Positions 9,388-17,771 of a stretch of DNA of 64,000 bases are shown here, piece after piece. Every line of letters starts with the position of its first letter. Positions within the stretch are counted from its first letter, which is position 1. The stretch covers positions 1-64,000 of the forward strand of contig JAVJQW010000007.1 in NCBI GenBank assembly GCA_040218735.1. The letters are read 5' to 3'. The notes below the pieces were generated by a model that saw nothing but the letters and a program-made list of their open reading frames with translations, had not been told where the DNA came from and did no database searches. The DNA is from Deltaproteobacteria bacterium (GTDB lineage: Bacteria; Myxococcota; Kuafuiibacteriia; Kuafuiibacteriales; Kuafuiibacteriaceae). The translations under genes were made by a program, and so were the position numbers.

Positions 9388-9941
9388 GCTCGCTGGACGC
9401 CAAGACCTCCTGGGAGGCGCTCGCGAACGAGATGCGTCCGTTCGTTCGTCGCCGGGTCGCGTCGGAGGCCGACGCCGACGACGTGCTCCAGGAGGTCTTG
9501 CTCCGCGTCCACCGTGGGCTCGATGGCCTCGAAGACGAGCAGCGTTTCGCCGGGTGGATTCATCGCGTCGCGCACAACGCGATCGCCGATCACCTCCGCG
9601 TGCGTCAGCGGCACCCGATCGCGGAGGCGTCCGGCGAGGCGGCGGCCCCCGAGCTCGAACCGGAGGACACCACGCGAGAGGCGCTGAAGCAGACGCTCTC
9701 GCTGTTCGTCGCGCAGCTCCCTTCGCCGTACCGCGAGGCCATCACCCTCGTGGAGCTGGAGGGGCTGTCGCAGCGTGAGGCGGCCGAGCTCGTCGGCATC
9801 TCGGTGTCTGGGATGAAGTCGCGCGTGCAGCGCGGGCGGCAGCGTCTGCGAGACATGCTCGAGGACTGCTGCGAGATCGCGCTCGACGCGCGCAACAAGG
9901 TCCTCGACTGTCGCCCGCGCGGTGACGACTGCAACTGCTGA
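9384..9941 (+). CDS. sigZ: ECF RNA polymerase sigma factor, SigZ-like
   Basis: 'ADDVLQEVLLR', 'WIHRVAHNAIADH', 'SGMKSRVQRGRQRL...DCC', Cys-rich tail; ATGA overlap with arsM. Confidence 0.85.
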   Translation: MSSLDAKTSWEALANEMRPFVRRRVASEADADDVLQEVLLRVHRGLDGLEDEQRFAGWIHRVAHNAIADHLRVRQRHPIAEASGEAAAPELEPEDTTREALKQTLSLFVAQLPSPYREAITLVELEGLSQREAAELVGISVSGMKSRVQRGRQRLRDMLEDCCEIALDARNKVLDCRPRGDDCNC

Positions 9942-11030
9942 TCAGCGCGGCGTCTCGAATCGCTTCTTGATGTTCAGGAAGAACGACTCGTAATACTTGA
10001 AGCTGATCGTCGCCGCGACGGTGGCGATCAGCGACGCGCCGACGAACTCCACGAGCGGGTGGTGAAAACCGACGCGCGTCGACGCCATCTTGAACGCGTT
10101 CAGCGACAGCATGTGCATCAGGTACATGCCGTAACTCACCGTCCCCATCCATCGCACCGGGCGCCACGACAGGAGCGGTCGAAGGACGTGGTCCTCGCGG
10201 ATCACACACGCCGTCACGATCAGCACACACATAACGTGGATGCCCCAGTCGTCGTAGAGCGGCGTCGCGAGGAAGACGGCGGTCAGCACGAAGAAGAACA
10301 CCGGTGCGTAGCGCCAGCCGAAGATCTTGTAGAGCACGTCGAACGACGCGGGGCGGTGGAGCAGGTGGGCGAGCACGGAGCCCAGGCAGATGCCGGGTGC
10401 GACACTCAGTAGAATCGTCCGGAACAACCCGTCCGGCACGCCGATGACGCCGATCTGCACGAACAGCGTCGCCGTCACGAGCGTCAGCATGAACACGACC
10501 GCGCCACCCCAGCCGAGGCGCTTCGAGACGGCGGGCCACACCATGTAGAACTGCTCTTCCGTCGCGAGTGACCAGGCGAAGTAGAAGATGACGCGCCCGT
10601 GGTCGTACTCGACGAACCAGTTCGACGTGTACGTCGCGTAGAACGGGAGGTGATCGAAGAACGCCGACTTCGCGTTGGGGTCCTTCTCCACGAACCACAC
10701 GGCCGCGACGTAGACGAGCAGCACCGTGTAGTAGAGCGGGAAGATGCGCAGCGTCCGGCGCATGTAGAACTTCCGCAGCGAAATCTTCCCGGTCTTCTCC
10801 TTCTCGCGGATCAGCAGCGTCGTGATCAGGAAACCGGAGATCGCAAAGAACAGCGTGACGCCGTTGTTGCCGCGCGCGAACAGCGGGTTGTACGCGCCGT
10901 ACACGGTGCCGGCGGCGTGGTGCCAGATGACGGCGAGGATAGAAATGCAGCGAAGACCGTCGAGTGACGCGAAGAACTTCGTCTCGCGAAACGCACGATG
11001 CGCTTCGCCGCCTATCGGCGTCACGGTCAT
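9942..11030 (-). CDS. Acyltransferase 3 (OafA-like) membrane protein
   Basis: 'LDGLR', 'FFAISGFLIT', 'FYMRRTLRIFPLY', 'WSLATEEQFY' and 'SYGMYLMH'. Confidence 0.92.
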   Translation of the reverse strand: MTVTPIGGEAHRAFRETKFFASLDGLRCISILAVIWHHAAGTVYGAYNPLFARGNNGVTLFFAISGFLITTLLIREKEKTGKISLRKFYMRRTLRIFPLYYTVLLVYVAAVWFVEKDPNAKSAFFDHLPFYATYTSNWFVEYDHGRVIFYFAWSLATEEQFYMVWPAVSKRLGWGGAVVFMLTLVTATLFVQIGVIGVPDGLFRTILLSVAPGICLGSVLAHLLHRPASFDVLYKIFGWRYAPVFFFVLTAVFLATPLYDDWGIHVMCVLIVTACVIREDHVLRPLLSWRPVRWMGTVSYGMYLMHMLSLNAFKMASTRVGFHHPLVEFVGASLIATVAATISFKYYESFFLNIKKRFETPR

Positions 11031-11045
11031 CGCCCGGTCATAACA

Positions 11046-12026
11046 TCAGGCTTGCTCGGCGGCGATCTTCACGAGCGCCGCTTCGATGCGCGGCGCCAAC
11101 GGAAGGTACTCGTCCTCCAGCGTATACGGGAACGGGGTGTCGTAACCCGTAACGCGAACCGGCGCGGTTTCGAGGTGGTAGAAGCACCGCTCCGTCACGA
11201 GTGACACGAGCTCGGCGCCGTATCCACAGGTGCGCGGCGCTTCGTGCACCACGACGAAACGGCCGGTCTTCTTCACGCTCGCGGTGATCGCCTCGATGTC
11301 GAGCGGCAGCAGTGTACGCGGGTCGATCAGCTCGCAGTCGATCCCCTGCTCGGCGGCCTTGTCACACGCGGTGATCGCTTCGTGCACCATCGCCCCCCAC
11401 GCGACGACGGTGATGTCTTTGCCTTCCCGCAGGACCTTCGCTTCACCGAGCGGAATCGTATACGCCTCTTCCGGCACCTCACCGCGCGCCGCGCGGTAGA
11501 CGCGCTTCGGCTCGAAGAACATCACCGGGTCTTCGTCGTCGATCGCGGTGAGCAGCAGGCCCTTCGCATCGTACGGGTTCGACGGCGCTACGACCTTCAG
11601 GCCCGCGGTGTGGATGAAGTACGTCTCCGGGGACTGCGAGTGGTAGTGCCCGCCCTTGATGCCGCCGCCGACCGGCGTGCGGATCACCATCGGCGCGGCG
11701 TACTGGCCGCCGGACCTGAAGCGCATCTTCGCGAGCTCCGAGACGATCTGATCGAACGCCGGCCAGATGAAGTCCGCGAACTGGATCTCCGCGACGGGCC
11801 GCAACCCGTACAGCGCCATACCGATCGCGGTGCCGATGATGCCGCCCTCGGCGAGCGGGGTGTCCATCGTGCGCTCCGGACCGAACTTTTCGTACAGGCC
11901 CTTCGTCGCGCGGAAGACGCCGCCGAACTTGCCGACGTCCTCGCCGAGCACGACGACGCGCTCGTCGCGCTCCATCGCGATCGACAGCGCGCTGTTGACG
12001 GCTTCGATGATGTTCATCCGAGGCAC
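11046..12026 (-). CDS. 2-oxoacid dehydrogenase E1 beta subunit
   Basis: 'LGEDVGKFGGVFRAT', 'DTPLAEGGIIG', 'EIQFADF', 'HSQSPE' and 'FFEPKRVY'. Start is GTG 12026 or ATG 12017. Confidence 0.95.
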   Translation of the reverse strand: MPRMNIIEAVNSALSIAMERDERVVVLGEDVGKFGGVFRATKGLYEKFGPERTMDTPLAEGGIIGTAIGMALYGLRPVAEIQFADFIWPAFDQIVSELAKMRFRSGGQYAAPMVIRTPVGGGIKGGHYHSQSPETYFIHTAGLKVVAPSNPYDAKGLLLTAIDDEDPVMFFEPKRVYRAARGEVPEEAYTIPLGEAKVLREGKDITVVAWGAMVHEAITACDKAAEQGIDCELIDPRTLLPLDIEAITASVKKTGRFVVVHEAPRTCGYGAELVSLVTERCFYHLETAPVRVTGYDTPFPYTLEDEYLPLAPRIEAALVKIAAEQA

Positions 12027-12102
12027 GATGGGTCCCGTAGCCGACGGCCGGTAGGGGATCAAGCCTGCTCGTCCGGCGGCCTTTCGGTGTACGCTTCGGA
12101 CC

Positions 12103-12327
12103 ATGAAGGTCCGCATCGAATACTGCGTCGTTTGAAGCTACAAACCCCGAGCGTCCAGTCTGGGCGCCAAGATTCAATCGCGTTTCCCCGGGGCCGAGGT
12201 CGAGCTGATCGGCGGTGGCCGCGGAGACTTCATCGTCACGGTGGACGACGACGAGGTCTGGAACAAGAACCAGACGCACGGCGACTTCCCGAACGAAGAT
12301 CGGCTGGTGGCGTCGTTGAAAGGGTGA
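12103..12327 (+). CDS. SelW/SelT/SelH (Rdx family) selenoprotein with CxxU motif
   Basis: MKVRIEYCVV-U(TGA 12133-12135)-SYKPRASSLGAKIQSRFPGAEVELIGGGRGDFIVTVDDDEVWNKNQTHGDFPNEDRLVASLKG. Rdx signature residues occur on both sides of the TGA. Confidence 0.9.
12151..12167 (+). promoter_or_regulatory. Bacterial SECIS-like hairpin
   Basis: GCGTCC-AGTCT-GGGCGC stem-loop. The apical loop starts about 21 nt after the UGA and has G at position 2. Confidence 0.7.
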
Positions 12328-12331
12328 GGCC

Positions 12332-13480
12332 CTGAGCGAGGAGACGCTCTCCGTCGAGGTCGTCGAAGGTGTCGAGGCGATCGATCCCGAACAGTGGGAT
12401 CGGCTGCTCGACGCCGCGTCCTCGCCCTTCGTCGAGCACCGCTTCCTCGCGAGCCTCGAGCGCGCGGGGGTGCTCGGTGCCGACAACGGCTGGGTGCCGC
12501 GGTTCCCCGTCGTGAAGAAGGACGGCGTCGTCGTCGCCGCGGCGCCCGCGTACGTGAAGTTCCACAGCATGGGTGAGTTCGTCTTCGACCACTCGTGGGC
12601 GAGCTTCGCGGAGCGCGCCGGGCTGCGTTACTACCCGAAGCTCCTCGTCGGCGTGCCGTTCACACCCGTAACGGGCGCGCGGCTCCTCACCCACCCCGAC
12701 GAAGATCGCGACCTGTTGCTCGGCGTCCTCGGCGGCGTGCTCGTCGAGATGTGTCGCGCGTTCGAGCTGTCGAGCGTGCACGTGAACTTCGCGCGCTCCG
12801 ACGAGATCGAAGCGCTCGAACGCGGCGGCTTCATGGTGCGCCACGGCATCCAGTACCACTGGTACCGCCACGACGAGGAAGGCTTCGATGCGTACCTCGC
12901 GCGGTTCAAGAGCAAACGCCGCAACCAGATCAAACGCGAGGTCCGCGAGACGGAGAAGCAGGGCGTTACGATACGTACGTTGACCGGCGACGAGCTCACG
13001 CCGGACCTCGCGCCGACCGCGTATCGGATCTATCGATCGACGGTCGACAAACTCGTGTGGGGGCGGCGCTACCTCGAGCAGGTGGTGTTCGAGGAGTGGT
13101 TCCGCACGATGAAGGAGCGCGTCGAGCTCGTGGTCGCGGAGAAGGACGAGCGCATCATCGCGGGCGCCGTGAACTTCGCGAAGAACGGTCGCCTCTACGG
13201 TCGCTACTGGGGGTGCTTCGAGGAGCTACGGCACCTTCACTTCAACGTTTGTTACTACCATGGGATCCAGCGCGCCTTCGAACGTGGGTACGACGTCTTC
13301 GAACCCGGCGCGGGTGGCGAGCACAAACTCGTGCGGTGCTTCGAGCCGACGGTCATGAAGAGCGCGCATTTGATCCGCGAGCCCGCGCTGCACGAGGCCA
13401 TCGGCAACTACCTGGAGTCGGAGCGCGTCGCGGTGGAGCGCGAGCGCGAGATGATGCTGGAAGAGCTCGGGCTGCGGTAG
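12332..13480 (+). CDS. FemAB-like GNAT protein (DUF482 family)
   Basis: 'HSMGEFVFDHSWA', 'YYPKLLVGVPFTPVTG', 'LYGRYWG', 'LHFNVCYY' and 'FEPGAGGEHKL'. The conserved N-terminus 'EQWDRL...PFVEHRFLASLE' extends upstream of the tracked start to a CTG at 12332. Confidence 0.9.
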   Translation: MSEETLSVEVVEGVEAIDPEQWDRLLDAASSPFVEHRFLASLERAGVLGADNGWVPRFPVVKKDGVVVAAAPAYVKFHSMGEFVFDHSWASFAERAGLRYYPKLLVGVPFTPVTGARLLTHPDEDRDLLLGVLGGVLVEMCRAFELSSVHVNFARSDEIEALERGGFMVRHGIQYHWYRHDEEGFDAYLARFKSKRRNQIKREVRETEKQGVTIRTLTGDELTPDLAPTAYRIYRSTVDKLVWGRRYLEQVVFEEWFRTMKERVELVVAEKDERIIAGAVNFAKNGRLYGRYWGCFEELRHLHFNVCYYHGIQRAFERGYDVFEPGAGGEHKLVRCFEPTVMKSAHLIREPALHEAIGNYLESERVAVEREREMMLEELGLR

Positions 13481-13489
13481 ACTCCGCGC

Positions 13490-13948
13490 ATGGCGAAACG
13501 GACGCTGCAGCTCGTGGGGCTGCTCGGCGGGTTCCTCTTCACGGCGACGATCGGCGCGCGCGAGGCGGGATCGTGTTCGCTCGTCACCTACGGCCAGCCG
13601 TCGGTGCCGCTCACCGAAGCCGCGCTCGCCGCCCCGCTCGTGAGCACGCCGCTGTACCACGCCGACGAGAGCAGCGGAGGTTGCGGCGAGCCCGCGTGCG
13701 GTGGCGGACCGTGGACGGAGCTCGACGTCGAAGCGCTCGGGTTGGATCGTTTGGCGGTGCGCTCCACGGACGGAGAGATCCGGCTCTACGAGCCCGCGGG
13801 GCGGCAGCCCGACGGGCGCACGTTTCGGTTCATCTTCTACAGCTGGGAGCTCCCGAGCTCGGCCGAGATCGACGTCGCGACCGTCACGTCCTCCGACGAG
13901 CGCGGCGCGTGGACGTCCGTGACGTTGTCGGAGGAGCTGTTCCGCTGA
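13490..13948 (+). CDS. Hypothetical exported protein
   Basis: Signal peptide-like N-terminus; fills the gap between genes; TAGACT lies 6 nt upstream. Confidence 0.65.
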   Translation: MAKRTLQLVGLLGGFLFTATIGAREAGSCSLVTYGQPSVPLTEAALAAPLVSTPLYHADESSGGCGEPACGGGPWTELDVEALGLDRLAVRSTDGEIRLYEPAGRQPDGRTFRFIFYSWELPSSAEIDVATVTSSDERGAWTSVTLSEELFR

Positions 13949-13979
13949 ACGGTTCGCTCGTGGTATTCGCCGGCGCGCG

Positions 13980-14501
13980 ATGCAGACGGTCGAACAGCTG
14001 AAGCAGGGATGGGACGCCGCGCCCGCGTCACCGAAGGGCAAGGGCGTCGTGAAGGCGATCGGCGTGCGGAAGGGCAACGGCGAGCACGAGTCCGCCGAGC
14101 ACGCGGAGCTCACCGTCGAAGGTGGCTTGCTCGGGGATCGCTGGGCGGCCGGTGAAGATCCGAAACGCTTCGGACAACTCACCATGATGAACGTGACGGT
14201 CGCGAACCTGATCGCGCACGTGGGTCGCGCCGGGTACCAGTCGGGCGACAACTTCTTCGTCGACCTCGACCTCTCCGAGGAGGCACTCGCCGTCGGCGCG
14301 CGGATGCGGATCGGGACTGCGCTGATCGAGGTGACGCCCGAGCCGCACAACGGCTGCGCGAAGTTCATGGCGCGGTATGGCAAGGACGCGCTGCGGTGGA
14401 TCAGCGAGAAGGAGAACCGGCCGCTGCGGCTGCGCGGGATTCACTGCGAGGTGATCGAGTCGGGCCGCGTCGAAGTCGGAGGCACGGTCGAGGTCGTCTG
14501 A
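13980..14501 (+). CDS. MOSC domain protein
   Basis: 'GLLGDRW', 'GDNFFVD', 'EVTPEPHNGCAKF' and 'RLRGIHCEVIESG'. Confidence 0.88.
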   Translation: MQTVEQLKQGWDAAPASPKGKGVVKAIGVRKGNGEHESAEHAELTVEGGLLGDRWAAGEDPKRFGQLTMMNVTVANLIAHVGRAGYQSGDNFFVDLDLSEEALAVGARMRIGTALIEVTPEPHNGCAKFMARYGKDALRWISEKENRPLRLRGIHCEVIESGRVEVGGTVEVV

Positions 14502-14502
14502 G

Positions 14503-15921
14503 TCAGGGCCGTTCGCCCACGAGGATCATCGTGGTGGGCGGCCAGGCGAGCGGCTCGTGGGTCTGCGGGTCTCGCAGCTCCACCTGACCTCGCCACCGGT
14601 TCTCGACGATCCACGGGTTCACGTACGTCTCGGCGGTCCGGACCTCGAAGCCGGCGTCCTCGAGCGCGCGGCTCCACTCGCCGACGTCCCAGAAGCAGAA
14701 CGTCTCGTGCATCTCACTCGCCCAGTTGGCGTCGTAGTCCTTCTTCGTGAGGAACTCCGTCGCGTCGCGCAGTGACAGCCGGGGGAGCTCACGGGTCCAG
14801 TCGATCTCGATCGGTGCCGCGAGGAAGTCGCGTTCGAAGCGCTCGAGCTTCGCGCGATTCTTGGCGTCGCACCACAGCGCGACCTCGCGGTGTTTGTCGG
14901 GCGGGCCCACGACGTCGCGGATGACGAGCCGCCCGCCGGGGCGGGTCTGTTCGTACTTGTGCGCGAGGTAGGCGTGCACGGTGGCTTCGCCGTCGCCGTA
15001 GGACCACAGCTCGTGGAGCGTCGAGTTGCAGAGCGTAGTGTCGATCGAGCGGGGGAGGAAGATGCGCTCCATGAGGTTGCGCTGGTGGAAGTGGGTATAG
15101 GTTCCGCCGTAGTCACCGCGGCGTTGGCGTTCGAGGCACTGCGCCATGAACTCACCGCTGATTTCGAGGCCGATGAGATCCGCGTCGCGGAACTCACGGG
15201 AGATCGGTACGAGGAGGGCGCCGTCGCCGCAGCCTTCGTCGACGATCTTACCGTCCGCGATGTGTGGCTTCACGTCGTCGTACTTCATCTGGATGACGGC
15301 GGCGTTACTCATCGCGGTTTGGTAGACCGCGTAGTTGCGGGTCTCGGTCAGGCTGCCGGAGTCGTCGAGGAGCGGGTCGGTGTAGAGGCGTCCGACGCGG
15401 CGGGGGACCTCCGGGAAGTCTTCGAACACCGAGCGTGTGGCTTCACAGAGCTCGGCGACGAGCGCCGGGTCGGAGGCCCAGTCGACGCCGGCCGCGCCGA
15501 GGCGCGCGAGCACCTCGACGGGAGGCGCGCCGTCCCCCTCGACGTCGACGACTTCGAATCCGAGCGCGCGGTACTGCGCAGCGACCTCGGCGGTGTTGGT
15601 CGCAACGCGGCAGTTGTCAGGGGTGAGGATGACGTCGCCTTCCGTCTGTTCGGCGACGTCCTGGATGGTGTTCTTCGCGAACCGATCCGTGGGCGGGTAG
15701 TGCGGGATGCCGATGATGCGGTGGTCGAGCCCGGCGGCGCGCGCGAGGCGGTCGGCGCCGATGGCGCGGACGTGGAACGGGATCGGGTTGAAACGCGCGT
15801 GCGCGCGGTTCGCGGAGGTGATGGCGAAGAGCACGTGCATCCCCGAGAACGCGGCGAGGCGATGCGCCTGTGCGGCGGTGAAGACGTGGTGGCGCCCGGG
15901 GACGAGCAGGTAGCGCGTCAT
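14503..15921 (-). CDS. Fusion of an N-terminal nucleotidyltransferase-like domain and a class I SAM methyltransferase
   Basis: N-terminal 'PGRHH...FAITSAN...FNPIPFHVR'. C-terminal 'VDEGCGDG', 'NSTLHEL' and 'PGGRLVIRD'. Confidence 0.75.
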   Translation of the reverse strand: MTRYLLVPGRHHVFTAAQAHRLAAFSGMHVLFAITSANRAHARFNPIPFHVRAIGADRLARAAGLDHRIIGIPHYPPTDRFAKNTIQDVAEQTEGDVILTPDNCRVATNTAEVAAQYRALGFEVVDVEGDGAPPVEVLARLGAAGVDWASDPALVAELCEATRSVFEDFPEVPRRVGRLYTDPLLDDSGSLTETRNYAVYQTAMSNAAVIQMKYDDVKPHIADGKIVDEGCGDGALLVPISREFRDADLIGLEISGEFMAQCLERQRRGDYGGTYTHFHQRNLMERIFLPRSIDTTLCNSTLHELWSYGDGEATVHAYLAHKYEQTRPGGRLVIRDVVGPPDKHREVALWCDAKNRAKLERFERDFLAAPIEIDWTRELPRLSLRDATEFLTKKDYDANWASEMHETFCFWDVGEWSRALEDAGFEVRTAETYVNPWIVENRWRGQVELRDPQTHEPLAWPPTTMILVGERP

Positions 15922-16020
15922 GGCGACACTCGGCGTACGAGTGGTCGGGTGTAGGCGGCGGCGAACATATCCGGCCCTGGGACTTTACGCGGATGGGCGA
16001 GGTGAGGCATTCCATGTCTC

Positions 16021-17460
16021 ATGGTTCTCACACGCGCCCTCTCCGTTGGCCTCGCTGCGCTGTTGCTCGCCTCCTGCTCGGGGAACACCGATCGCGACGA
16101 TCTCGACAAGACCCCGCCGCCCGACGTGGCGGAGCTCGTCGCGCTGAACTTGTCGTTCGGTGGATTGCAGCACGAGGTCGGCACCCGCATCACGGCGAGC
16201 GCCGAGGCGCTCTACGACGACGGCACGAGCAAGGACGTGACGGCCGATGTCGCGTGGGCCATCGGTGACATGACGCTGCTCGAGGTCGGGCTGACGCCGA
16301 ACGAGTTCGTGGTCCTCGCGGAGGGCCGAGTTTCGATCACGGGGGTGTACGAGGGCGAGAGCAAGAGCGTCGACCTCCAACTCACGGCGCCGTCGCTGGA
16401 TTCGTTGGAGCTGTTCCCGCCGACGGCGGAGATCGGTATGGGCGCCGTGATTCGCCTGTCCGTCGTGGGTGTCTACAGCGACGGGACGCGCGAGACGATC
16501 ACCGACCTGGTGGACTTCGAGTCGGACACGCCGTCCGTGCTGCGCCCGAGTGAGAGTATCAAGGGTCGCCTGGTGACTTTCGGTACGGAGGGTTCGGCCG
16601 AGATCACGGTGCGGTTTGGTGCGCAGGTCGTTCGAGGAACTTACACGGTCGGACCGGCGCGGATCTTCAACCTCGCGGTGAGCACGCCGGCGCAGCGCAT
16701 CGGTGACGAGCCCGTGCAGCTCAACGCGGAGGCGGCGTGGACGGACGCGCGCACGCGCACGGACGAGACGACCAACGTGCAGTGGGTCTCGTCGGATCCT
16801 TCGATCGTGAGCGTCGATGCCAACGGCGTGGCCACGCGGGTCACGGACGGCACCGTGGTCATCACGGCGACGCTCCCGCAGACGAACCTCGGCGGCGCGG
16901 TGCGCCTGAAGACGCTCGGCGCCAGCGTCTGCGGCGACTACCCCGAAGTGCACGCCGCGGGCGTTCGTTACGGCGAAGTCATCGCGCCGATGTTCTGGCG
17001 GGACGCATACAACGAGGCCGGCGAGCAGGTGGACTTCTTCCTGGAGGACTTGCCGTGCGACACGGAGACGTACCAGACGGTGCTCTTCGTCGTGGGCGCG
17101 GGGTGGTGTGGCGTCTGCCCGGGGTACAAGCGAATGATCGATGCCTTGCAACCGCAACTCGAGGAAGCCGGAATGCGCGTGGTCTGGGTCGAGGCTCAGG
17201 ACGATGGCGGAAGTCCGGCGTCCAACGCGCAAGCGAACGGCATCGTGAACCGGACCCTCTCGAGCTCGACGAACCCTTCGATTCGGATCGGGGACGGCGA
17301 CGCAGAGGGCGGAGCTGCGCTTCCGTTCGTGCAGCCCATCACCGGCTTCCCGACTCCGATCGTGGTTCGCACGTCGGACATGGTCGTCATTGCGATCGGC
17401 CAGGGACACAACTTCCTCAACATCGCGAACAACCCCGACCAGCTCTACGGCGATCGCTGA
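16021..17460 (+). CDS. Lipoprotein with three Big_2 Ig-like domains and a C-terminal thioredoxin-like domain
   Basis: Lipobox 'LASC'; repeats 'YDDGTSKDVT', 'YSDGTRETIT' and 'WVSSDPSIVSVDANG'; 'AGWCGVC' CxxC motif. Confidence 0.82.
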   Translation: MVLTRALSVGLAALLLASCSGNTDRDDLDKTPPPDVAELVALNLSFGGLQHEVGTRITASAEALYDDGTSKDVTADVAWAIGDMTLLEVGLTPNEFVVLAEGRVSITGVYEGESKSVDLQLTAPSLDSLELFPPTAEIGMGAVIRLSVVGVYSDGTRETITDLVDFESDTPSVLRPSESIKGRLVTFGTEGSAEITVRFGAQVVRGTYTVGPARIFNLAVSTPAQRIGDEPVQLNAEAAWTDARTRTDETTNVQWVSSDPSIVSVDANGVATRVTDGTVVITATLPQTNLGGAVRLKTLGASVCGDYPEVHAAGVRYGEVIAPMFWRDAYNEAGEQVDFFLEDLPCDTETYQTVLFVVGAGWCGVCPGYKRMIDALQPQLEEAGMRVVWVEAQDDGGSPASNAQANGIVNRTLSSSTNPSIRIGDGDAEGGAALPFVQPITGFPTPIVVRTSDMVVIAIGQGHNFLNIANNPDQLYGDR

Positions 17461-17771
17461 CCGACTCGTATCGGACGCAGCTCACCGGGGTCCGCTAGCG
17501 AGCGGCGAGCGTCATCGCCTCTTTTCGGCCTCTCGACTCCGACCCGGCTCTTCGTTCTGCTCTCAAAGAATTTCGGAAGCTGTCCGCGGCCAACGATCAG
17601 CACCGAGTTCGCTGGGTGAATTTCACTCGGATGGGTTTTCCAAAGGCTTCTGAGGAGATGTGCAAAGCTCAGAGATCGTTCCCGAATTCGGAACTCAAGT
17701 TCCCGATTTCAGAGGGGTTTTCTCGGATTTTCGCTATTCAAACGTGAAGTCTGACTTGGTATTCCGGGCCG

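Noticed and set aside
12133-12135. In-frame TGA as a sign of a pseudogene
   Set aside because: It falls exactly at the CxxC/U position and is followed by a SECIS-like hairpin and an intact downstream frame.
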